A stretch of 64,000 bases of DNA from an uncultured Candidatus Saccharibacteria bacterium (lineage in GTDB: Bacteria > Patescibacteriota > Doudnabacteria > UBA920), in contig CAZHIA010000001.1 in the NCBI GenBank assembly GCA_964532425.1, forward strand, positions 124,951-188,950, given 5' to 3'. Each line of letters opens with the position of its first letter. The first letter of the stretch is position 1. A program made the translations under genes and the position numbers. Below are positions 7,423-15,798 of the stretch, piece after piece. The notes under the pieces were generated by a model. The model made no database searches, was not told where the DNA came from, and saw only the letters and a list, made by a program, of their open reading frames with translations.

Positions 7423-9366
7423 ATGCCTGATTATGGATACATTCGCGTTGCGGCAGTGAGCCCGAAGGTGCACGTCAGCGATCCATATAAGAATATGGAA
7501 GAAATGCTTGCGTGGATCGGGCGGATCAGCAAGGAGAACGTACAGCTTGCGATATTTCCCGAGCTCGGGATGACCGGCTACACATGCAAGGACTTGTTCT
7601 TGCAAACGTGGCTGCAACAGGAGTCGCGAAAAGCCCTGGAGACGCTGGTGGCTGAAACTCGCGACTTGGACATGGTCATTCTGGTTGGTGCTCCGCTGAA
7701 GATCGACGACCAGCTATTCAACGTTGCGGTCGCCATTCAAGACGGACAGGTACTCGGGGTCGTCCCAAAGACGCATCTCCCCGGTTATAAGGAGTTTGAA
7801 GAACGCCGCTGGTTCGCGCCGGCGGCCCGCTTAAAGAGCAAAACCGTGCTTCTTGGCGGCAAGCGGGTTCCGGTCGGAACCAATTTGGTATTTGAGTCGG
7901 CGCAGGTCGAGGATTTCAAGTTCGCGATCGAGATCTGTGAAGATCTGTGGATGCCCATCCCGCCCAGCTCCCACCATTGCCTGCACGGCGCGACGGTGTT
8001 GTGCAATCTTTCGGCTTCAAACGAAGTCGTAGGAAAAGCCAGTTACCGCCGTAAGCTGGTGGAAAGCCAGTCGGCACGCTGTGTTGCGGGATATGTGTAC
8101 AGTTCCTGCGGCGATGGCGAATCAACCTCGGATGTCGTGTTTTCCGGGCACTGCATAGTTGCCGAGAATGGGAACATCATCATGGAGTCGGAGCGCTTCA
8201 AGCGCGGTGGCGACATGGTGATAACCGATCTCGATGTGGAGCGGCTCGTCCGCGAACGCATAATGACTGATAGCTTCGGAGATGCGATCGCGGCGGAAAC
8301 CGCGGAATACATCCACATCCCGTTTGATACCGTCAGACTCGATGTGGAAACGGATTTCCGCAGGACCATCAACCCGGACGTGTTCATTCCTTCTGATCCG
8401 CGTTTGCGCGATGAAGTGTGCCAAGAAGTTTTCAACATCGCGACAATGGGTCTGGGCCATCGGCTTGAAGAAGTGTTCGGCGGCAAGGATCCTAAAGTAA
8501 ACGTGGGTGAGTCGGGTGGTCTTGACTCGTTGCTTTCATTGTTCATTATCGACGAGACCTACGACCGCTGGGGATGGGACAAGAGCGGTATTAACGCTGT
8601 GACAATGCCCGGACCTGGAACGTCCGCCCGCACTCTGGGAAACGCCAAGGGGATTTGTGAAGCCTTGGGCATCGGCCTCAAGATTATCGACATCACCGAG
8701 GATGTGACCCGGCATCTCGAACACATCGGACATTCGCCTGCTTGCATGGACTGCCTGCAGTGCGAAAATGCCCAAGCCCGCGAACGGACCCAGATCTTGA
8801 TGGATTTGGGCTTTACCGTGGGTACGGGAGACCTGTCCGAGGGGTTCATTGGCTGGATGACGTATAACGGCGACCATATGAGCAACTACAACCCCAACTG
8901 CAGTATTCCGAAAACGTTGGTGAAGTATGTTGTTCTGTGGAAGGCTGACCAGTATGAAAAAGCCGGTAACCTTGCTGCGGCACAGAGAGCCCGGGATATC
9001 GCGGCGACGCCAATCTCCCCCGAACTGCGTAAGTTGGGAGAGGGGGGAGTCATCGCGCAAAAATCCGAAGAAGAAAATGGTCCGTATCGGGCTGTTGAAT
9101 TTTTCGGATCGAGCATGCTCCGCTACGGCATTCCGCCCGAAAAGATTTTCTTTTTGGCGCGGCAGGCCTTCAAGAACGACTACAACCGGGACGGGCTGTT
9201 GGCCTGGCTGAAAAAGTACATCTGGAAGTTCTTCCGCAACCAGTTCAAGCGTGATGCGGCGCCGGATGGGGCCAAGGTTGGTACGGTAGCCTTGTCGCAG
9301 CGCGGTGATCTGCGGCTGGCCTCGGATGTCAATCCGAAGCCTTGGGTAGATTCGCTTCCGGACTGA
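7423..9366 (+). CDS. nadE: glutamine-dependent NAD(+) synthetase
   Basis: 647 aa. N-terminal CN-hydrolase/nitrilase domain (IRVAAVSPKVHVSDPYKN...FPELGMTGYTCKDLF). C-terminal NAD-synthase domain with the ESGGLDS P-loop (codons 8509-8529). Confidence 0.9.
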   Translation: MPDYGYIRVAAVSPKVHVSDPYKNMEEMLAWIGRISKENVQLAIFPELGMTGYTCKDLFLQTWLQQESRKALETLVAETRDLDMVILVGAPLKIDDQLFNVAVAIQDGQVLGVVPKTHLPGYKEFEERRWFAPAARLKSKTVLLGGKRVPVGTNLVFESAQVEDFKFAIEICEDLWMPIPPSSHHCLHGATVLCNLSASNEVVGKASYRRKLVESQSARCVAGYVYSSCGDGESTSDVVFSGHCIVAENGNIIMESERFKRGGDMVITDLDVERLVRERIMTDSFGDAIAAETAEYIHIPFDTVRLDVETDFRRTINPDVFIPSDPRLRDEVCQEVFNIATMGLGHRLEEVFGGKDPKVNVGESGGLDSLLSLFIIDETYDRWGWDKSGINAVTMPGPGTSARTLGNAKGICEALGIGLKIIDITEDVTRHLEHIGHSPACMDCLQCENAQARERTQILMDLGFTVGTGDLSEGFIGWMTYNGDHMSNYNPNCSIPKTLVKYVVLWKADQYEKAGNLAAAQRARDIAATPISPELRKLGEGGVIAQKSEEENGPYRAVEFFGSSMLRYGIPPEKIFFLARQAFKNDYNRDGLLAWLKKYIWKFFRNQFKRDAAPDGAKVGTVALSQRGDLRLASDVNPKPWVDSLPD

Positions 9367-9406
9367 GAGAAACATTGAGAAAGGGGGATACGTAGGAGTA
9401 ACATCG

Positions 9407-9448
9407 ACCGCTCCGGTCGCCAGAAATGGCGGCTGGGGCGGTTTTTTT
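9407..9448 (+). terminator. rho-independent terminator after nadE
   Basis: GC-rich imperfect hairpin CCGCTCCGGTCGCC...GGCGGCTGGGGCGG followed by TTTTTTT (9442-9448). Confidence 0.5.
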
Positions 9449-9508
9449 ATGGCGGATAAAGGATTTAAGATTTAGGATTAAGGTTTTAGGTAGGGGGCTG
9501 TTTATCTG

Positions 9509-9537
9509 GTAGGGAACGGTGTCAAACCGTTCCCTAC
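9509..9537. repeat. conserved hairpin GTAGGGAACGGT-N4-ACCGTTCCCTAC, preceded by CTGG, copy 1
   Basis: Perfect 12-bp stem. A near-identical element, CTGGTAGGGAACGGTTTAAAACCGTCCCCTGCA, occurs at 15231-15263. Confidence 0.55.
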
Positions 9538-9564
9538 ATGGGGAGCAGAAGACAAAAAATTTTT

Positions 9565-9593
9565 TGACAACCCACTATCCTTTTTTTATACTA
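9565..9593 (+). promoter_or_regulatory. sigma70-type promoter (TTGACA-17-TATACT)
   Basis: Consensus -35 TTGACA (9565-9570), 17-bp spacer, -10 TATACT (9588-9593), about 30 bp upstream of the 9622 ORF. Confidence 0.55.
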
Positions 9594-9621
9594 CACCAAC
9601 CATCATTAATCAGGAGGAGTT

Positions 9622-10014
9622 ATGACCCAACTCCAGTTTATGGGTATTTTGGGTCTGATGAGTCTGTGCCTGTTCTGGTTTGTGGCAGGGTTCCGGCGCA
9701 TGCGCTTGCTGCGCATGGTTAACGGCCTAGTTATGGGCGATCCGGCAAGTTTGGTGGCATTGCTGCTCTCGGCGTATATGGTCAGTTCATCGGCGGCGAT
9801 GCTGTTGGCGTTCTGCAACGTGCAGAGCGAAGCGGCTAAATATGCCTACTTTTTCGGTTGGCTGCTTCTGGCTGCCTTTATCCTCGTGATACCGTTTTCC
9901 TTGGAACCGGCCCATGCAAAAAAGATCTTCACGCTGCGCGGATTGCTGATCGGCGCGGCCTGGGTATCGACCATTGGCCTGACTCACGTGATCCTCATGC
10001 TCAAAGCCGCTTAA
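9622..10014 (+). CDS. small integral membrane protein, hypothetical
   Basis: 130 aa with about four hydrophobic helices. AGGAGG RBS. Its own consensus promoter upstream and a terminator downstream. Confidence 0.5.
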   Translation: MTQLQFMGILGLMSLCLFWFVAGFRRMRLLRMVNGLVMGDPASLVALLLSAYMVSSSAAMLLAFCNVQSEAAKYAYFFGWLLLAAFILVIPFSLEPAHAKKIFTLRGLLIGAAWVSTIGLTHVILMLKAA

Positions 10015-10031
10015 TGCGGCACGGTTTGCTT

Positions 10032-10063
10032 CCCGCCCTCTGGCTACAGAGGGCGGGTTTTTG
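10032..10063 (+). terminator. rho-independent terminator
   Basis: CCCGCCCTCTG-GCTACA-GAGGGCGGG hairpin followed by TTTTTG. Confidence 0.7.
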
Positions 10064-10292
10064 TATCTATGTTACTTGAGTACCCTCATCTTTATCCTCT
10101 CCCATCCCAACTTCGCTCCGGCCTTCGCCAAGGCTACGGCGGACAAGGCAAGGCTTCGTCGGGTCTGCGAGATAGGGAGAGGAATACTGCAGCTATCTCC
10201 TCTCCTTGTCTAAGGAGAGGGGGGTGAGGTTATTGGGAAAACGGTAACTATTTCCCATTAATTACGTCAGTGTACCAACACTTATTCAAACT

Positions 10293-10934
10293 ATGAACTA
10301 TACAAAAGCTATCCTGATCGGTGTCATACTGATTATCTTATTGGCGGTTATAACCAGGATTATGAAACCAAAACCTCCTTTGGAGGCAACCAATGTACCT
10401 ATCAGAAAAGATGCCACGGTTGTCGCATTTGGCGACAGTTTGGTATGGGGGTTCGGATCCTCCGCCGGGAAAGATTTTGTTTCATTGCTTTCCAGTCGCC
10501 TCGGTGTCCCCATCATCAATGCCGGTAAGAATGGCGACACTACTGCCAGCGCCATGCAGCGGCTGGATGCCGATGTCTTGTCCAAACATCCGGATATTGT
10601 AATTGTGCTGCTCGGGGGAAACGACGCGCTTCAGCAGGTGCCTATTGACCAGACTTTTGCCAACCTGTCGGATATAATCGACCGTATTCAGGGTAGCGGA
10701 GCCAAGGTATTACTGCTCGGGGTGCGCGGTAGTTTGCTTGATGATGTCTACCGTACGAGGTTTGACCAACTGGCGAAAGATAAAAACGTGGCGTATGTAC
10801 CGGATATCCTACAAGGCCTGTTCGGGCATTCGGATACCATGTATGATTTTATCCATCCCAACGACAAAGGGTATGCCGAAATTGCCGATAGGGTAGAGCC
10901 GGTCTTGCGTACGCTGCTACGTTCAGGCCGCTGA
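10293..10934 (+). CDS. SGNH/GDSL hydrolase (arylesterase/lipase-like)
   Basis: N-terminal TM/signal, then VVAFGDSLVWGFG (GDSL block I), then GKNGDTT (block II), GGNDA (block III) and a distal DxxHP block (FIHPNDKGY). Confidence 0.8.
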   Translation: MNYTKAILIGVILIILLAVITRIMKPKPPLEATNVPIRKDATVVAFGDSLVWGFGSSAGKDFVSLLSSRLGVPIINAGKNGDTTASAMQRLDADVLSKHPDIVIVLLGGNDALQQVPIDQTFANLSDIIDRIQGSGAKVLLLGVRGSLLDDVYRTRFDQLAKDKNVAYVPDILQGLFGHSDTMYDFIHPNDKGYAEIADRVEPVLRTLLRSGR

Positions 10935-11039
10935 TGGGAACGCTGAAAGGACGCTGATGTATCGCTGAAGTAACGCAGAAACGTTTGTCAAAGTACGTAA
11001 GTAGTGGGATTTGTAAGAGCATAATACGCTGTTGAGTGG

Positions 11040-11068
11040 TTGACAAAAATACAAAATTATGCTAAAAT
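11040..11068 (+). promoter_or_regulatory. sigma70-type promoter (TTGACA-17-TAAAAT)
   Basis: TTGACA at 11040-11045, 17-bp spacer, TAAAAT at 11063-11068, upstream of the 11108 ORF. Confidence 0.5.
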
Positions 11069-11107
11069 AAGCGCAAATTCCAAAATAGTCCCTCAGGAGG
11101 AAAACCC

Positions 11108-11677
11108 ATGTTGAAGCATTTCGCGATCGTTTTGGCGTGTGCTCTCGCGCCCATGGTGGCGCAGGATCAAGCTACAAGTGAACCCAAAGACGGCAAAAAG
11201 AACTATGAGCAGTTCATGAAGGAATGGCATGCTGAAGAAAATCAACGTGCTATTGCTGCGGTGGTCAAAGGCCGAACCGAGTTGGAGCAGGAGCTCCGAC
11301 AGTACAAGGACCTGCTCGAGACGAGAAAAGATCTTACGGCCAAACTCCAGCGTGCGCTGGATGACGGGGATGAAACCCTGATTCAAGTCGCGGTGTCGGA
11401 TGTGAAGCTGAACACGATGGATCTCCAGTACCGCGCCAAGCAGGTGGTGGGTTGGTCCGGCGAGCGGCTGATGCAAGCCGCGAGGAATGCGTACAGTTCT
11501 TACGAACGCTTGATCACGGAAGAAGTGTATACCGGCCATCTCAAATTTTACCGGGAGGCCAAGAAGTTGACCGAAGAGCCGGCACCGAAGGAGTTGGTGG
11601 AACTTATCGCAAAGGCGAAGGTGAAGCTACCGGACTACTTCGCGATACTGGAACAACAAGGGTACAAGGTGTTGTAA
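11108..11677 (+). CDS. secreted hypothetical protein (signal peptide, coiled-coil rich)
   Basis: 189 aa. N-terminal hydrophobic signal-like segment (MLKHFAIVLACALAPMVAQDQA) and a charged helical remainder. GGAGGA RBS. Confidence 0.5.
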   Translation: MLKHFAIVLACALAPMVAQDQATSEPKDGKKNYEQFMKEWHAEENQRAIAAVVKGRTELEQELRQYKDLLETRKDLTAKLQRALDDGDETLIQVAVSDVKLNTMDLQYRAKQVVGWSGERLMQAARNAYSSYERLITEEVYTGHLKFYREAKKLTEEPAPKELVELIAKAKVKLPDYFAILEQQGYKVL

Positions 11678-11683
11678 GTCGCA

Positions 11684-11725
11684 GACGAGCGGAACCATTG
11701 CGGTTCCGCTCGTGTTTTTATTTTT
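11684..11725. terminator. bidirectional rho-independent terminator between convergent genes
   Basis: GACGAGCGGAACC-ATTG-CGGTTCCGCTCGT hairpin flanked by T-runs. It lies between the + gene ending 11677 and the - gene ending 11778. Confidence 0.7.
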
Positions 11726-11777
11726 GCAAGGGCGGCCAATGGCCGCCCCTACAACTGTAGAACTAATTTTTCAATTT

Positions 11778-13526
11778 TTAATTCCCAAACCCTCCCGCCT
11801 GGATCTCCCAGAGGTGGTGGTAAAAACCTTCCGTACTGACGAGCTCTTCGTGCCGGCCTTCTTCCACGACTTGTCCGTCTTGCAGGACCAGGATGCGGTC
11901 CATTTCCATGATTGTCGACAGGCGGTGGGCAATGACGATGACTGTCTTGTCATGCATGAGCTCGCGCAGCGCGTCTTGAATATGCCGTTCACTTTCGCTG
12001 TCCAAGGCCGAAGTGGCTTCGTCGAGCACGAGTATGGGAGCATTTTTAAGGAAGGCTCGGGCAATGGCAATGCGCTGGCGCTCTCCGCCAGAAAGCTTAA
12101 GGCCACGTTCGCCGACTAAAGAGTCGTAGGCATCAGGCAATTGTTTGATGAATTCGTGGCAGCGGGCGCGCTTAGCGGCTTCGACCGCCTCCTCGACCGA
12201 GGCTTCCGGTTTGGCATAGCGGATATTCTCCAGAATCGAGCGGTGGAAGAGTATGGGATCTTGCGGAACCAGGGCAATCTGCTGCCGGAGCGTTTCCTGG
12301 GTCACACCGGTAATGTCCTGTCCGTCAACATGGATGCTGCCGGAAGTCGGATCATAGAATCGGAACAGGAGTTTGATAATGGTGGATTTGCCGCCGCCGG
12401 AACTTCCCACAAACGCGACCTTTTCGCCGGGATGAATGTCCAGCGTAAAATTCTCAAAAACCCTTTTCCCATCAGGGTAGGCAAAAGCAACCCGGTCAAA
12501 GCTGATGGCGCCGTTGGTAATATTGATCGGTTGTGCATCTAGACTGTCTTCAATCTCATGCGGGGTGAGCAGTACTTCAGTCATCTCATTGGCATCGGCC
12601 AAACCGGAGAACAGGTCGCGGACATAACGGGACAGGCTCCAGAGCCGGGAAAAAACCTGGCCGAGGTATGACTGGATCAGTACGAAGTCGCCGATGGAAA
12701 AATTGCCCTTTTGCCAGCGGCCGACAGCCAAATAAAGGATCAAGGCTTCCATGCCCAGCATGAGCAAAGCCTGGACTGCGTCAGAACTTTCGGACAGCGA
12801 CCAGCTTTTCCAGCGGGCTTTAACCAACTGATCGGTCAGTCGGCTAAACACCCCGACCTCGGTTTTAATGCCGGAGAAAAGCTTGAGGTTGACGTTATTG
12901 GTGACCGTATCGGAAATGTGCGAAGCAATTTCGGTATCTGCCTTGGACTGCCGCAGGTCGTACTTGAGTTTGTAGCGCGAGAAAGAAATGGTAGTGACTG
13001 AGTACAGTGCGGTCCAGCCGAGCATAATAAGAGCAAAGGTCAGGTTTTCGCGCGAAAGAATGAGGATAATGAGCAGCAAGCGGAGCGCAGTCTGGCCGAT
13101 GTTCCAAAAGACCTGGCTCGTGACATTCTCAAAGGCACTGACGAAGCGATGCATTTTGCGCACCAGGCTGCCGGCAAAATTGTTGTTGAAGTAGTTATAC
13201 GAGTGTTGCTGCAGGTAGACATAGCAGGTTTGCAGCAGAGCGGCCATGCTCACATTCTGGAAATAGCTGCCGGAAAATGCGGCGAGGCGCCAGAAGAACC
13301 ACGCGACGGCATTCAGAGCGACATAGAGGACAAGCCAATGAAAAATGCCGGCGGTGTTGTTGGGGGAACCGCTTAAGATGTTAAAAAAGTTTTTGTAGAT
13401 GAGCGGGTTGTAGACTTCTACCGCCGCTGCGCCGGCAATACCAATGGTAAAGCCGGAAAGGGACCAAGGGTGCTGTTTCGCGTGCTGCCAAAAGATGAGC
13501 AACGTGTGTTTCGTGACGTTCTGCAC
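11778..13526 (-). CDS. ABC transporter, fused permease/ATP-binding protein (MsbA-like type I exporter)
   Basis: 582 aa. N-terminal 6-TM domain, Walker A GSSGGGKST, ABC signature LSGGERQRIAIARAF, Walker B ILVLDEATSALD. Confidence 0.9.
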   Translation of the reverse strand: MQNVTKHTLLIFWQHAKQHPWSLSGFTIGIAGAAAVEVYNPLIYKNFFNILSGSPNNTAGIFHWLVLYVALNAVAWFFWRLAAFSGSYFQNVSMAALLQTCYVYLQQHSYNYFNNNFAGSLVRKMHRFVSAFENVTSQVFWNIGQTALRLLLIILILSRENLTFALIMLGWTALYSVTTISFSRYKLKYDLRQSKADTEIASHISDTVTNNVNLKLFSGIKTEVGVFSRLTDQLVKARWKSWSLSESSDAVQALLMLGMEALILYLAVGRWQKGNFSIGDFVLIQSYLGQVFSRLWSLSRYVRDLFSGLADANEMTEVLLTPHEIEDSLDAQPINITNGAISFDRVAFAYPDGKRVFENFTLDIHPGEKVAFVGSSGGGKSTIIKLLFRFYDPTSGSIHVDGQDITGVTQETLRQQIALVPQDPILFHRSILENIRYAKPEASVEEAVEAAKRARCHEFIKQLPDAYDSLVGERGLKLSGGERQRIAIARAFLKNAPILVLDEATSALDSESERHIQDALRELMHDKTVIVIAHRLSTIMEMDRILVLQDGQVVEEGRHEELVSTEGFYHHLWEIQAGGFGN

Positions 13527-13568
13527 TGGTACTTTCCTCCGAAACTGGGGTAATAGCCGGTCGTGATT

Positions 13569-13684
13569 GTCATTGCGAGGAGGTAAGGGCCTTATCTTAC
13601 CGACGAAGCAATCTTAAATTTGACACGATTAGATTGCCTCGCCAAAGAAATTCATTGCTAAAAATTTCTTTGGCTCGCAATGAC
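13569..13684. repeat. MITE-like structured element Y (second copy of the 6246..6366 element)
   Basis: GTCATTGCGAG ... CGACGAAGCAATCT ... AGATTGCC ... CTCGCAATGAC in the same order as element X. Variable arms keep their hairpins (CCAAAGAAATT...AATTTCTTTGG). Confidence 0.6.
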
Positions 13685-13896
13685 AAAGCGCAAGCTTATT
13701 CTGAGTTTCTATCATTAAGTGATTTTTACTGGCCAATTGTAGCAAGGTTTAAAAAATTATTCTACAAACCTTTTCAAATTTTTTTGGTTCAGCTTACCAT
13801 TAAGCCGGAAAAAATTTTTTAAAATTGCTGATCATGGCATGGGTGCGGGCCCATCAAGAATCCAGGATTCCCTTTAAGGGGGCTTGTGGAGGCGGT

Positions 13897-13949
13897 CCTG
13901 CCTGCCGGTCATCGACTCCGAGATCGCTCAGACTCGAGGAGCAGGCAGG
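13897..13949. repeat. 53-nt GC-rich hairpin element (CCTGCCTGC...GCAGGCAGG), copy 1
   Basis: CCTGCCTGCCGGTCATCGACTCCGAGATCGCTCAGACTCGAGGAGCAGGCAGG. The reverse complement of 35488-35541 matches it with about 4 mismatches. Flanked by small CCCTTTAAGGG / CCCTTCAAGGG palindromes. Confidence 0.6.
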
Positions 13950-14066
13950 CGCGACCGCCCCCTACGAGTAATGAAGTCCCCGGAAGGTTCCCTTCAAGGG
14001 CGCTCGCGTGCTCGACGCAATTCCACTCTCGGGGTATACTAGGGGTGCATAATTACAAGGAATTGT

Positions 14067-14294
14067 ATGATCAAAAAGATTTTTAAAACCGGCCATAGCC
14101 TGGCGGTCACCCTGGCCTCCTCCCAGTTGAAGGAGCTTGGGCTTAAGATGGGGGATAGTGTCACGGTCGACCTGGACAAGGCCAGTGGTTGCATTGTAGT
14201 CCGTCCCGGAAATAAGCCGTCGCAGCTGGTGCTGGATTTAAAGACACGGCCGGTGTTGGGGCAAAGTAGAATTGAGCAAAATTTAAAAAATTGA
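14067..14294 (+). CDS. AbrB/MazE (SpoVT_AbrB) family small DNA-binding protein, orphan
   Basis: 75 aa. MIKKIFKTGHSLAVTL...LGLKMGDSVTVDL is the typical swapped-hairpin AbrB/MazE N-terminal domain. No toxin-like partner adjacent. Confidence 0.55.
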   Translation: MIKKIFKTGHSLAVTLASSQLKELGLKMGDSVTVDLDKASGCIVVRPGNKPSQLVLDLKTRPVLGQSRIEQNLKN

Positions 14295-14410
14295 CAGAAT
14301 TGACAAAATTACACTGCAGTATTCTCCTCCTTTTAGGAGGAGTACCTCGCAAAGCGAGGGGAAGTGGTAAAAATTTTGTCAATTTTGCTCAATTTTGTCA
14401 TTTTTGTCAA
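14291..14410. repeat. TTGACAAAA inverted-repeat array E1 (TTGACA[GA]AAT x2 - CTGCAG core - TTTTGTCA x4)
   Basis: Direct TTGACAGAATTGACAAAATT on the left, reverse-complement TTTTGTCAATTTTGCTCAATTTTGTCATTTTTGTCAA on the right. The centre contains CTGCAG and two small hairpins (CTCCTCC/GGAGGAG and CCTCGC/GCGAGG). Related arrays at 24476 and 25955. Confidence 0.6.
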
Positions 14411-14422
14411 TCTTTAAAGAAA

Positions 14423-15219
14423 TGGATTATCGCAAATTCCAAACCCTTATCTATTCCTATTATCACAAACATAAGAGAGCTCTGCCGTGGCGAAAGAGTA
14501 TGACGCCGTACCGCATATTGGTTTCGGAAATAATGCTCCAGCAAACACAGGTCAGCCGGGTAACTGAAAAGTTCCGGGCGTTTTTAAAACTGTTCCCGAA
14601 TTTTGAATCCCTGGCAGTGGCACCTGCCGGCGAGGTCATTAAAGCCTGGAGCGGACTCGGGTATAACCGTCGGGCGCTCTTTTTGCACCAGTCAGCTCAA
14701 ATGATCATGGTTGAGTACGGCGGTAGGCTGCCAAAGGATCAGCAGGAACTTACCAAGCTGCCAGGAGTTGGTTGGAATACTGCCGGCGCCGTGCTGGCGT
14801 ATGCGTATAATCTTCCGGCCGTATTTATCGAAACAAACATCCGGCGCGTCTTACTTCATCACTTCTTTCAGGATAAGGCAGGTATCTCCGATGCGCAGCT
14901 GTTGCCGCTTATTGAACAGACCGTGGACCGGAAGAATCCGCGCGAATGGTACTGGGCATTGATGGATTATGGTACATATTTGGCTGCAACAGTCGAGAAT
15001 CCCAATCGCCGCAGCCGGCATTACAACAAACAGTCTAAATTCGAAGGTTCCCGGCGGCAGGTGAGAGGGAAGATTTTGAAATTATTGATGGACAAGCCGT
15101 CGGTGGCAATCAGCCAATTGGAACAAAAGATCCAGGACCCCCGCGTCGCAGAGGTGGCTCACGAACTGGCTGAAGAGGGGTTTGTGGTGATTGTGAAGAA
15201 TCGGGTACGGTTGAAATAG
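14423..15219 (+). CDS. HhH-GPD superfamily base-excision DNA glycosylase (MutY/endonuclease III-like), apparently without Fe-S cluster
   Basis: ILVSEIMLQQTQV...AWSGLGYNRRA...LPGVGWNTAGAVLAYAY...FIETNIRRV is the HhH-GPD core. No CX6CX2CX5C cluster at the C-terminus. Start set to the ATG at 14423. The listed 14395 start is a TTG inside the repeat array. Confidence 0.75.
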
Positions 15220-15233
15220 AGATATACTTCCTG

Positions 15234-15262
15234 GTAGGGAACGGTTTAAAACCGTCCCCTGC
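15234..15262. repeat. conserved hairpin GTAGGGAACGGT-N4-ACCGTCCCCTGC, copy 2
   Basis: Immediately after the glycosylase stop. The CTGGTAGGGAACGGT left arm is shared with copy 1 at 9505. Confidence 0.5.
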
Positions 15263-15293
15263 ACATGCATTCAAAATAATTAATTAAAACTAT

Positions 15294-15764
15294 ATGGAAA
15301 TCAAAATCGGCAAAGCTGCCCCGGCTTTTTCGCTGCCGGACCAGGACGGTATCATTCATAAATTATCCGGCTATAAAGGCCAGTGGGTGCTGTTGTATTT
15401 TTATCCCAAAGACGATACGCCCGGCTGCACGACCGAGGCATGTACCCTGCGGGACAATCTGCCGAAATTTAAAAAGACTAAAGCGGTCGTGTTGGGGGTG
15501 AGCGTGGATTCGGTGAAGTCCCACAAGAAATTTGCCGACAAGTACGGCTTACCGTTTACGCTGCTCTCGGACGAAGGCAAGGAAGTGATGCAGAAGTACG
15601 GCGTCTGGGGTGAAAAGAAATTCATGGGGCGGACATTCATGGGCGTTCGCCGAACGTCGTTCCTGATTGACCCCAGCGGCAGAATTGCTAAAATATACGA
15701 GAACGTCAAACCGGCAGTCCATGCCGAGGAGGTGCTCCAAGATCTTAAAACATTAACCAAATAA
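15294..15764 (+). CDS. bcp: peroxiredoxin (thiol peroxidase, Bcp-type)
   Basis: 156 aa. LYFYPKDDTPGCTTEAC has the peroxidatic Cys in the PxDxTxGCT motif. It carries the AhpC/TSA-fold blocks KAVVLGVSVDS and FLIDPSG. Confidence 0.9.
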   Translation: MEIKIGKAAPAFSLPDQDGIIHKLSGYKGQWVLLYFYPKDDTPGCTTEACTLRDNLPKFKKTKAVVLGVSVDSVKSHKKFADKYGLPFTLLSDEGKEVMQKYGVWGEKKFMGRTFMGVRRTSFLIDPSGRIAKIYENVKPAVHAEEVLQDLKTLTK

Positions 15765-15798
15765 TCCCACTGTATTACTGTACAGTACGAATACCCGT

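Noticed and set aside
8536-9375. 279-aa minus-strand ORF antisense to the 3' half of nadE
   Set aside because: The + strand frame carries the NAD-synthase SGGLDS P-loop and continuous NadE similarity. The antisense frame has no motif and no start context.
13886-14086. 66-aa ORF in the intergenic region upstream of the AbrB-like gene
   Set aside because: It is composed largely of the 53-nt GC hairpin element and flanking palindromes. Arg/Pro/Ser-rich translation typical of GC-hairpin read-through. No RBS.
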